Virus record (IMG/VR): IMGVR_UViG_3300006148_000272
Direction: 5' to 3' (one strand)
From: an uncultured virus (IMG/VR IMGVR_UViG_3300006148_000272)
Taxonomy: Duplodnaviria > Heunggongvirae > Uroviricota > Caudoviricetes
DNA: 21,097 nucleotides
In this document: one piece after another, positions 8,820-15,621 of the stretch
Numbering within the stretch: position 1 is the first letter of the stretch
Layout of the letters: the number at the start of each line of letters is the position of its first letter
Position numbers and translations under genes: made by a program
The notes under the pieces: generated by a model
What the model saw: only the letters and a program-made list of their open reading frames with translations
What the model was told of the DNA's origin: nothing
The model's database searches: none

Positions 8820-9227
8820 ATGAGTAACGCAGAAATACAGATACATTTTCCCCGGCCCGGCGAATGGGAAGAATTTACCTTGACGCCCATTTACCAGGCC
8901 GCGGGCGGTTATAGACCTCCGGCGCGCTTTACGCAGGACAATATACCCGTGGATCAAGCCCCGGCTATGCGGGCGGTAGTTGCCGCTCTGGTGGGGCTGG
9001 GTGAGGACTGGCAAGCGGGGCAGGTTTGGGCGCGGTTGAAAGAGATTTGCGCCAGGCAGGGGGATGATCCTGTGCGGACGGTGGAAACCGTGGATTTGAC
9101 CGTTGAGGCCGTCAACTCTCAAGGAGGCCGCCGGATTTTCACAGCCCGTGACTACCCCGAATTTACGGTTGCTTCACCCGCCGCCGTGGACTTTTTCAAA
9201 TACTTCACAAAGCAAAACCATGAGTAA
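8820..9227 (+). CDS. hypothetical protein, possibly a fibre chaperone or accessory (135 aa)
   Basis: Starts 2 nt after the fibre stop and overlaps the next start. Confidence 0.55.
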   Translation: MSNAEIQIHFPRPGEWEEFTLTPIYQAAGGYRPPARFTQDNIPVDQAPAMRAVVAALVGLGEDWQAGQVWARLKEICARQGDDPVRTVETVDLTVEAVNSQGGRRIFTARDYPEFTVASPAAVDFFKYFTKQNHE

Positions 9228-9537
9228 ATTAAGTGACGAGCAAAAGCAGGCCGCCCTTGAGGCGGGGAAGCAGGGCATGAAAGATGCCTACGAAAAAAGC
9301 AAAATTAAAACCGGCCTGAAGTGGTGGGAACGCCTTTTGTGGGTAGTCCTGGCAGGTGCTGCCTATGCGGCTTCCGCTCTGCTGGGTGGCTGCGGCCATT
9401 CCGTTGACGTGACGCCGAAAAAGACGGTGGTATGCAAGGACGGTTCCTGCCTGGTGCTGGAGCCGGGGCATATCTCCTATTCCCAGGCCCAGCCGGAAAC
9501 GGACGTTCCGCCCGTCGTTCAATCCCTGAAAAAGTGA
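9220..9537 (+). CDS. lysis-cassette lipoprotein (o-spanin candidate, 105 aa)
   Basis: ATG 9220 (MSKLSDEQ...). The hydrophobic stretch LLWVVLAGAAYAASALLGG-C ends in a lipobox. The mature part is short with Cys and Pro. Confidence 0.55.
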   Translation: MSKLSDEQKQAALEAGKQGMKDAYEKSKIKTGLKWWERLLWVVLAGAAYAASALLGGCGHSVDVTPKKTVVCKDGSCLVLEPGHISYSQAQPETDVPPVVQSLKK

Positions 9538-9541
9538 AGCC

Positions 9542-9820
9542 ATGACCGGATCTGTTGTCAACGCGGGCCTGCTGGGGGCTAATGCCCTGTCCGTGATTGC
9601 GTCCGTCACGTCAGGCAACCCGTTTTTGGAGTACATCCAGAACGGGGCGAGCGTGGCCGCGGTCATGGGAATTTTTCTGTGGCGGGAAATGAAACGGGCG
9701 GAACGTTATGAGCGGCTCTATGATGACGAACGCAAAAAACGCATTGATGCGGAAAATAAGTGTTCCGGCTGTGAGTTCGTCCGCAAGGCGCATGAAGAAT
9801 TTCTGGACAACAGGGACTAG
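9542..9820 (+). CDS. holin-like or i-spanin-like membrane protein (92 aa)
   Basis: One or two N-terminal hydrophobic segments and a charged coiled-coil C-terminus. Directly upstream of the endolysin. Confidence 0.6.
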   Translation: MTGSVVNAGLLGANALSVIASVTSGNPFLEYIQNGASVAAVMGIFLWREMKRAERYERLYDDERKKRIDAENKCSGCEFVRKAHEEFLDNRD

Positions 9821-9876
9821 TTCCAACTGTAAAGTTTTTCTTACAAGTTCCAACCATTTAACAATTAAATAATTAT

Positions 9877-10569
9877 ATGATTATCAAAGAATATCGGGAA
9901 TTCAAACCCGTTCAGCAGGCCCTGGGGCTGAAAGCGGATGGTTTGCCGGGGCCTAAAACGCTGGCCGCCGTAGCTCTGAAATTGCGCTGTCATGAAATAT
10001 GGTCCGCGGTCCAGGCCGCCGTGAACGTGACGCCTGACGGCATCCCCGGCCCTGCCACGGCCCGCGGCATTGCCGCCGCCCTGGACATTGCCCTGCCCCG
10101 GTCCTGGCCTGACCAGGCAACCGTCCGGGCCGGTCTTTCCATTTTTGGGCGGCCAGGGGACGAAAACAACCTTGTTTCTATTGTCCCCCCTTATCCTTTA
10201 TATTATGAGGGGCGGCCCGTGAAAACGATCCGCGTGCATCAGGCGATTGCCCAGGACGTTCAGGCGGCCCTGGCGGAAGTCCTGGCCGCGTATGGCCTGG
10301 ACCGGATCCGCGCGCTTCACCTGGACCAGTATGGCGGATCCTACAATGACCGCAGCACGGCCGGAGGCAAAAGCAAGAGCATGCACGCCTGGGGGATTGC
10401 CCTGGACTTTGACCCGGTGCGGAACAGTTATTCCTGCAAAGCCCCCCATGCCGGGCTTTCCCGCCCGGAGTGTGAAGAGTGGTGGCGAATATGGGAAGCC
10501 CATGGGGCCGTTTCTCTGGGCCGTGAACGGAATTATGACTGGATGCACCTTCAATTCGCCCGGCTGTAA
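9877..10569 (+). CDS. endolysin: peptidoglycan-binding repeats plus M15 family Zn peptidase (230 aa)
   Basis: Two PG-binding-like motifs (QQALGLKADGLPGPKT, VTPDGIPGPAT) and M15 motifs SMHAWGIALD and DWMHLQ. Confidence 0.9.
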   Translation: MIIKEYREFKPVQQALGLKADGLPGPKTLAAVALKLRCHEIWSAVQAAVNVTPDGIPGPATARGIAAALDIALPRSWPDQATVRAGLSIFGRPGDENNLVSIVPPYPLYYEGRPVKTIRVHQAIAQDVQAALAEVLAAYGLDRIRALHLDQYGGSYNDRSTAGGKSKSMHAWGIALDFDPVRNSYSCKAPHAGLSRPECEEWWRIWEAHGAVSLGRERNYDWMHLQFARL

Positions 10570-10613
10570 AACAGTAATCTTTTGAATGTCAAAAAATTAT
10601 AGATAAAAATATC

Positions 10614-10642
10614 TTGCAAAAAATCCTGTTTTTTTGTATATT
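10614..10642 (+). promoter_or_regulatory. sigma70-type promoter for the small peptide gene
   Basis: TTGCAA (10614-19), 17 bp spacer, TATATT (10637-42), with AT-rich DNA upstream. Confidence 0.7.
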
Positions 10643-10706
10643 GCCCCTGCCGGTTGATCCGGAGCGGCAGGGAATGAGCCCTGTCGTCAGTAGAAAGGAA
10701 TTAACA

Positions 10707-10721
10707 ATGAATAGTGAATAA
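10707..10721 (+). CDS. 4-codon leader ORF (MNSE*) overlapping the peptide start
   Basis: SD-like AGAAAGGA (10692-99) lies 7 nt before ATG AAT AGT GAA TAA. Confidence 0.45.
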   Translation: MNSE

Positions 10722-10782
10722 AGAAAAATTGATTGAACTAATCATCAAGCTCCTTGAAATGATTCTGATCATGATGGGCTAA
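10714..10782 (+). CDS. putative type I toxin, 22-aa hydrophobic peptide MNKEKLIELIIKLLEMILIMMG
   Basis: GTG 10714 to TAA 10780-82. Amphipathic/hydrophobic helix with its own promoter and a convergent antisense unit. Too short for the ORF track. Confidence 0.7.
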   Translation: MNKEKLIELIIKLLEMILIMMG

Positions 10783-10816
10783 AACAAAGACCCCGGAGGC
10801 GGCAACCTCCGGGGTC
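10781..10816 (-). terminator. intrinsic terminator, mainly for the - strand RNA
   Basis: Perfect 11-bp stem GACCCCGGAGG (10789-99) / CCTCCGGGGTC (10806-16). Followed by TTTGTTTT on the - strand, no U tract on the + strand. Confidence 0.85.
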
Positions 10817-10863
10817 GATCATCAGAAAGGAAAAAGTGAATAATTCCTTGATTGAACTAATCT
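10781..10863 (-). ncRNA. putative antisense antitoxin sRNA (~80 nt)
   Basis: Lies between a - strand promoter and the terminator. Complementary to the SD, start codon and codons 6-10 of the peptide gene through three direct repeats. Confidence 0.7.
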
Positions 10864-10869
10864 GCTTTT

Positions 10870-10897
10870 ACTATGCCCTTTCTTCCGGATTTGTCAA
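10870..10897 (-). promoter_or_regulatory. sigma70-type promoter for the antisense sRNA
   Basis: On the - strand: TTGACA (10897-92), 16 bp spacer, CATAGT (10875-70). Confidence 0.65.
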
Positions 10898-11000
10898 GCA
10901 GGCGTTTGTCATACAAGACTAACGGCGGCGGGTTATCTGGCCGGAACGGCTGTATTTTCCCGTAGATTCAGAACTTTCCCGCGTCTATGACAGTAAAAAT

Positions 11001-11018
11001 TATCATAACGTTATGATA
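11001..11018. repeat. perfect 18-bp palindrome TATCATAACGTTATGATA
   Basis: Read directly from the sequence. Overlaps the stop codon of the 11011..11913 gene. Confidence 0.8.
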
Positions 11019-11913
11019 CTAACCCAATACTTTCTTTAAATATTCTCCTATTCTTTTCATATTCTTCACCGAAAATCAATTTGGGTTCCATATGAAAATA
11101 TCCGCCTTTCCTTAATTCTTCTTCCATTTTGTGTTGTAGTTTATTACAAGAAATTTGTCCCATGATTTGAAGCAGATATTTTTGTCTATCAGAAAAATTA
11201 TCCATAATAGTTAAAAAATACAAATCCTTTTCTATTTCATTAAAAAAATCAGCTTCATTAACATAACGAATTAGAAAGTAAAATTTATTTGACCAGGCAA
11301 GCAAATCATTAAAATTTTGTACAAACAATCGACAGTTCTTTTTATATTCATTTATTTTATCGCTTGAGTTTTGCAAAACCGGTAAATTAACTAATTCACA
11401 ATACTGAATAATCTTTAAACAACTTCTAACATTATCTGCTATTTCATTAAAAATATCAGTTCCAGAATTTCCATTTATCCGTATATTCTTGCTTAAGTAA
11501 TCCAAATATTCCATTTGTTTAAAAAGAAAACTTTCAAATTGCTGAATTTGCATTACTCTGTTTTGCTTTTCAAGTTCATCACCTTGACGCTTCTGTTCCT
11601 CCTTCTGTAAATTCAGTTCTTCACGTTGCAGCGCTAAGTCCTTTCTTTGTAAGAGAATCGTGACAATAAGGCCTATAAACGCAAGAGCGGTAAAAAAAGT
11701 ATTGAGAATGTTGAATGCATTTCCAACTTTATTAAGCTCTTCTGATAAAAAATTTGCCCATATATAAAAGATGACAAACAGCAATAAAATGATGATGAAG
11801 ATATAACGCAGAGTTTTATTCCTCTTACATGTACGGATGAATCGCATCCATACCGCTTGTTCGTCCCTAGATGCCGCTCTTGCTCGCTTAAAAGAATGTA
11901 AGTCCGTGCGCAT
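11011..11913 (-). CDS. putative abortive-infection membrane protein (putAbiC-like, 300 aa)
   Basis: Two TM helices followed by FTALAFIGLIVTILLQRKDLALQREEL...QQFESFLF, the pattern of the 'putative phage abortive infection protein' family. Very AT-rich. Confidence 0.65.
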   Translation of the reverse strand: MRTDLHSFKRARAASRDEQAVWMRFIRTCKRNKTLRYIFIIILLLFVIFYIWANFLSEELNKVGNAFNILNTFFTALAFIGLIVTILLQRKDLALQREELNLQKEEQKRQGDELEKQNRVMQIQQFESFLFKQMEYLDYLSKNIRINGNSGTDIFNEIADNVRSCLKIIQYCELVNLPVLQNSSDKINEYKKNCRLFVQNFNDLLAWSNKFYFLIRYVNEADFFNEIEKDLYFLTIMDNFSDRQKYLLQIMGQISCNKLQHKMEEELRKGGYFHMEPKLIFGEEYEKNRRIFKESIGLVS

Positions 11914-11919
11914 ATTGCT

Positions 11920-11953
11920 TTCGTGATAGCATGCTTTTTCTGTCTTTGTCCAG
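11920..11953 (-). promoter_or_regulatory. shared moron promoter, copy 1 (CTGGACA-N14-ATGCTATCACGAA)
   Basis: -35 TGGACA and extended -10 TG-C-TATCAC. Ends 6 nt before ATG 11913. Same motif at 13431-13464. Confidence 0.65.
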
Positions 11954-12023
11954 CTATTCGTGAAAAATAAAAGGGCAGTTCCTTTCTTGATTCAATTTTG
12001 AAAAATTAATTTCTTGAAACAAA

Positions 12024-12737
12024 TCATACTTTCTTATCCTTCAACTTTTTCAGTTCTGCATACGCATTACCATCAGTTAATTTTCTATATCTTCTTAAAG
12101 CATTTTCTAACCCATTAGCATATTCTATCTGCATATATGTTTCAGTATTTATCTTACAAAATTTATCCTTAATTTGATCAATATTCGCTTTAGATTGTTT
12201 TTCATCAATTCTCAAATCGGCAACTTGACTATATATTGCATTATAATAATGCGTAACCTTATCATCCAAAGACTGTTGTATTTTCTTCTTTATATAAAGC
12301 TGCTGTTCTCGAACACGTTGTGCTACTTTAAAGAAATAATCAATTCTTTCAAAAGCCTCCGATGATAGAAGACCAGCCATTAGGTAAGAATATTTATCCC
12401 ATTGATTCTCCTCATATATTAAATTAGAATAATGAATAGGTCTTTCTTGAATAGCTCCATTTATTAAACCTTCTGAAAACAGATACTCAATATTTTTTTC
12501 TATATCTTTTATTTGAAGGGCAAGAATAGTTGCGGCTTTAGATATATCCTTTATTTTACTATCGTGATATATCCACCATGTAATAAAGGCGGCTAAAAGT
12601 AAGATAGTATTCTGTACCAAGTTCGCATCAGAGAAAAGCGAGAGAATAAAATAAGCAATAACAGCAAAAATTACAAATAATAATAATTTCATGACGACTC
12701 TTTGATACATTTTCTCTCTCATTATATACACAAACAA
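12024..12737 (-). CDS. hypothetical membrane protein with two N-terminal TM helices (start may be an ATG at 12722 or downstream)
   Basis: Long ORF in very AT-rich DNA. LLLFVIFAVIAYFILSLF and TILLLAAFITWWIY are followed by a helical soluble domain. Confidence 0.65.
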   Translation of the reverse strand: MFVYIMREKMYQRVVMKLLLFVIFAVIAYFILSLFSDANLVQNTILLLAAFITWWIYHDSKIKDISKAATILALQIKDIEKNIEYLFSEGLINGAIQERPIHYSNLIYEENQWDKYSYLMAGLLSSEAFERIDYFFKVAQRVREQQLYIKKKIQQSLDDKVTHYYNAIYSQVADLRIDEKQSKANIDQIKDKFCKINTETYMQIEYANGLENALRRYRKLTDGNAYAELKKLKDKKV

Positions 12738-12776
12738 AAGATATAATTATATAAAATCATGATTAAAATATAACAA

Positions 12777-13427
12777 TTAATTCATTTTCAACATTTGTTG
12801 ACTAGCTTTCCGGAATGCCTTTTCCTCATTCTCATAAAGAAGGAATTTGAGGGCAGGTATTCTTTCTCCATCCATTTCAACATGTCCGTTTGGAATCGCT
12901 TTTATTTTTAACAACGTGTCTTTTGTGATGCCCTTTTTCGGAATTCCTAAAACAATATATTTGACGCTTGTGTGCTCATGGACGCAATTCCCATCATAAT
13001 AAGAATAAGGATGTACCAGGATTCCATTCTTATAAGTTCCATATACGGCCAGCTGATAATATTCGGAACGGTTTAATTCATTCAAGAAGCCACGCAATTT
13101 TTCCTTTGTCTGTTCTCTTTCCTCAGCCTGTTTTTTCTTTTTTTCCAATGCTTTTTCTTTCAGGGCTTCCATCTTAGCCGTTTCCCTGGAAATAATTTCC
13201 GGAGTGATGCCAAGCGCAGCTTGATGTTCCGGAGCCAGTTTTGATACAGGTATGCTTTTCGTTCCCTCGTCATGACTGATTTTTGCCGTCAGGCCGCCTT
13301 TATAAGAAATGGTAGCGTTCTTGTAAGTATCATTACCGATAGTCAATGTTGGGACAGTAATATTTCCCGCAACGGCGGGAAGAGCCAGACAGGACGCTAT
13401 CAGTATAGAAAACAGATTTTTTATCAT
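12777..13427 (-). CDS. secreted/periplasmic protein (216 aa)
   Basis: Signal peptide MIKNLFSILIASCLALPAVA. A small beta domain (TLTIGNDTYKNATI...ISHDEGTKSIPVSKL) resembles one common in Verrucomicrobia exported proteins. Coiled-coil linker follows. Confidence 0.7.
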   Translation of the reverse strand: MIKNLFSILIASCLALPAVAGNITVPTLTIGNDTYKNATISYKGGLTAKISHDEGTKSIPVSKLAPEHQAALGITPEIISRETAKMEALKEKALEKKKKQAEEREQTKEKLRGFLNELNRSEYYQLAVYGTYKNGILVHPYSYYDGNCVHEHTSVKYIVLGIPKKGITKDTLLKIKAIPNGHVEMDGERIPALKFLLYENEEKAFRKASQQMLKMN

Positions 13428-13430
13428 GCG

Positions 13431-13464
13431 TTCGTGATAGCATAATATGCCGTTTTCTGTCCAG
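13431..13464 (-). promoter_or_regulatory. shared moron promoter, copy 2
   Basis: + strand TTCGTGATAGCAT-N14-TGTCCAG. ATG 13427 follows the -10 hexamer after a 6-nt spacer, consistent with a leaderless mRNA. Confidence 0.65.
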
Positions 13465-13528
13465 AAATAACATTTTTCTGTGGTTTTTGGTTGCCAACAG
13501 GAAAGAAGACCGTTAATGAAAAATAGTT

Positions 13529-14437
13529 ATGATTACGGTGACTTTGCCATTTGATGAAAATGAGCCCATGTATGCGCGGAATTGCGGGAGCCGGAAAACG
13601 GATGTCTATTTATTTGAGATCGCCGGGTATGCGCTAGCCTGTGACATGGGCGGCATTACTCCTGATGCAGAACATATTCCTGATACCATGAAGGGATTGA
13701 CGCGCGTCAGAAAAGAAGAAGGAGCATCAAACGTCTTATTTGCCCTGAAGGAAGGAAAAACCGCACGGGAAATTGGGGAGCTTGCTCTTGACATGATCAA
13801 GAAGCGGAATGACATTGAGACGGAAACGGAATATTTATTCTATTACAACCATTTATGGGTCAACATGCTTCGGAATTTCTTCGTTTTCGCCGGTGAAGAA
13901 AGCGCAACACGGGAAAACATGTCTTATTTGGCTCAATTCTTACCGGACGAGAAATTTGCATGGCATCCTTTCAACGCAATGCGGCGCATGTTCACCGCGT
14001 ATTTTGAGAATGAAGAGAACCGTTTGCGGCTTCTGCTTTTTCTTAGATCCCTGTGCCGTGGGGCTGTGCTTGCGCTTTCTTCTTACCATGTGGAAAAACA
14101 GCTTCAGGGGAACTATGAAGAAGAAAATTTCCCGGCGTTCAAGCGTACATGGTGCCAATTTACGGGCAAGTCATCAACAGGGCCGCGAAAGAACCTTGAA
14201 AAGATTGTGGAGATGTTGGGCGGCGGGGTTGTCGGGAAAGGTGCCCGTCCTGATTTGCTGATCTGGTGTGAAGAAGGGTCTCCCGCTTACAAATATGATA
14301 AGATTGGCGGGAAGCTTGCTCATGCCTTTGAACCCGATTCAGGTACGCTTGTCATTCCAGAAGAAGTTTTCTGGAAGGAAGCAGAAAAGGAAACAGGAAA
14401 GCCTAAGGAACAGATTCTGGAAGAGGTTAAGGGATAA
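13529..14437 (+). CDS. BRCT-domain protein (302 aa)
   Basis: C-terminal CQFTGKSSTGPRKNLEKIVEMLGG...PDLLIW...GS...GGKLAHA...VIPEEVFW fits the BRCT pattern. The N-terminal ~200 aa are not recognised. Confidence 0.7.
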   Translation: MITVTLPFDENEPMYARNCGSRKTDVYLFEIAGYALACDMGGITPDAEHIPDTMKGLTRVRKEEGASNVLFALKEGKTAREIGELALDMIKKRNDIETETEYLFYYNHLWVNMLRNFFVFAGEESATRENMSYLAQFLPDEKFAWHPFNAMRRMFTAYFENEENRLRLLLFLRSLCRGAVLALSSYHVEKQLQGNYEEENFPAFKRTWCQFTGKSSTGPRKNLEKIVEMLGGGVVGKGARPDLLIWCEEGSPAYKYDKIGGKLAHAFEPDSGTLVIPEEVFWKEAEKETGKPKEQILEEVKG

Positions 14438-14448
14438 CTAAAAATTTG

Positions 14449-14485
14449 AAAAGGCCGGCTTCTTTCCCTGATGCCGGCCTTTTTT
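14449..14485. terminator. bidirectional intrinsic terminator
   Basis: AAAAGGCCGGC, 13-nt loop, GCCGGCCTTTTTT, between two convergent genes. Confidence 0.85.
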
Positions 14486-14505
14486 ATGCCCAGATTCAAA
14501 AGCGG

Positions 14506-14895
14506 TCATGCGTTGTCGTCTGGCTCTTGGGGGCGCGGCATGGGTGGGGTAGAATCCACGATGGATTGAAGAAGGTTGCGGATATGCCTTTCCGCGGCGG
14601 CATAGTCTGACGGATCAATATCCGGGGGAAGAAGGGCTTTCCATTCCTCCGGCGTTAGACGTACGGGAAAAGTAAGAACATCATCATAATTAACCTTTTT
14701 ATTTTCAATAGTTTTTGATTGTTCCATGAGCTGTTGAATGAAAGCAAGCTTCGCTTTGGGTATTGGCGTAGGAGTAGAAGGAGCTAACCAATTATCAACA
14801 GTAGATTTACTAACATAAAGCTTCTTTGCCAACCAGTTACGATCTTTTCCGGCACCCTTTAACCATTTTTTTATGCTTTCAACAGAATAATCCAT
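14506..14895 (-). CDS. CI-like XRE/HTH repressor without a peptidase domain (129 aa)
   Basis: ATG 14895 gives MDYSVESIKKWLKGAGKDRNWLAKKLYVSKSTVDNWL, an HTH. Divergent from the early operon. Confidence 0.75.
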   Translation of the reverse strand: MDYSVESIKKWLKGAGKDRNWLAKKLYVSKSTVDNWLAPSTPTPIPKAKLAFIQQLMEQSKTIENKKVNYDDVLTFPVRLTPEEWKALLPPDIDPSDYAAAERHIRNLLQSIVDSTPPMPRPQEPDDNA

Positions 14896-15011
14896 GCGTG
14901 ACGGTTTACTAAAATCTTGAATAATTAGCAAGGGTGAAAACTGCAATTTCCGAAAAATACGAAATATAGACTTGACGTTTTTTACGATTTTTCATAGTTG
15001 TTAGTCCAGCT
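14896..15011. promoter_or_regulatory. divergent immunity/early switch region
   Basis: AT-rich gap between divergent regulators, with TTGACG at 14972-77 on + and repeated (T)ACGA/CCGA-AAA words. The exact promoters and operators are not resolved. Confidence 0.5.
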
Positions 15012-15284
15012 ATGAGAAACAAAATTACGGATAATAGTAATATCACCCTGCAAATTCCGGCACTAACGTTTGGAACTCTCGCCATTCAGGCCGCGCAGGC
15101 GGGAATAGATATTTCCACGTTGTTGACCAGGGAAGCGTTGACCCGTCAGGGACGGAACATGACCCCGGCAGCATTGCCCCCTGTCCCGGCCCCTGAGCCC
15201 GTAACATGCCCGGCGCCGGCAATGTTCCCCACTCCCGCCCCCGTAGTGGTCAACGGCGCGGATCCTGACCTGAATTTGAGATAA
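15012..15284 (+). CDS. Cro-position regulator, ribbon-helix-helix-like, with a Pro-rich tail (90 aa)
   Basis: ITLQIPALTFGTLAIQAAQAGIDISTLL fits an Arc/CopG strand-helix-helix pattern. First gene of the early operon. Confidence 0.5.
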   Translation: MRNKITDNSNITLQIPALTFGTLAIQAAQAGIDISTLLTREALTRQGRNMTPAALPPVPAPEPVTCPAPAMFPTPAPVVVNGADPDLNLR

Positions 15285-15300
15285 ACAACCGATTAGAATC

Positions 15301-15621
15301 ATGAAAATAAATACAGCATTCAATCCGGGCACCCCTGGGGATGCACGGAACATCAATATCATCCATGAAAGGCTCTCTAACATTCCCCCGGACGACATCA
15401 TAAAAAACGTTATCAACAATGCGCGGGAACTGGTGGAAGGTCTGCCACGTGTGCAACTGGAAGCGTTGGCCGGTTCGCTGGTTACGGAAATTCTTCTGGC
15501 CCAGGGCCTGGGATGCTCTGAAATCCCCCTGAAGAATCTGGAACAAATGATGGGGATTGCCGGAGTTTATGCGAAATGTGAATTCAAGCCCAGCAACGAA
15601 AATGGAACAAGTGAATCCTGA
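15301..15621 (+). CDS. hypothetical protein (106 aa)
   Basis: ATG start and operon packing. Confidence 0.6.
   Translation: MKINTAFNPGTPGDARNINIIHERLSNIPPDDIIKNVINNARELVEGLPRVQLEALAGSLVTEILLAQGLGCSEIPLKNLEQMMGIAGVYAKCEFKPSNENGTSES

Noticed and set aside
9103..9219. ORF-track 5' extensions (9103, also 14946, 15557, 17242)
   Set aside because: They overlap neighbouring genes or the switch region. Internal ATGs at 9220, 14895, 15602 and 17320 pack better.
10645..10700. tRNA or riboswitch in the structured gap
   Set aside because: No cloverleaf, T-loop or recognisable aptamer consensus. The hairpins fit an mRNA leader better.
10692..10862. Mini CRISPR array or att core
   Set aside because: Only two interrupted copies, no cas or integrase gene, and the repeats map onto translation signals.
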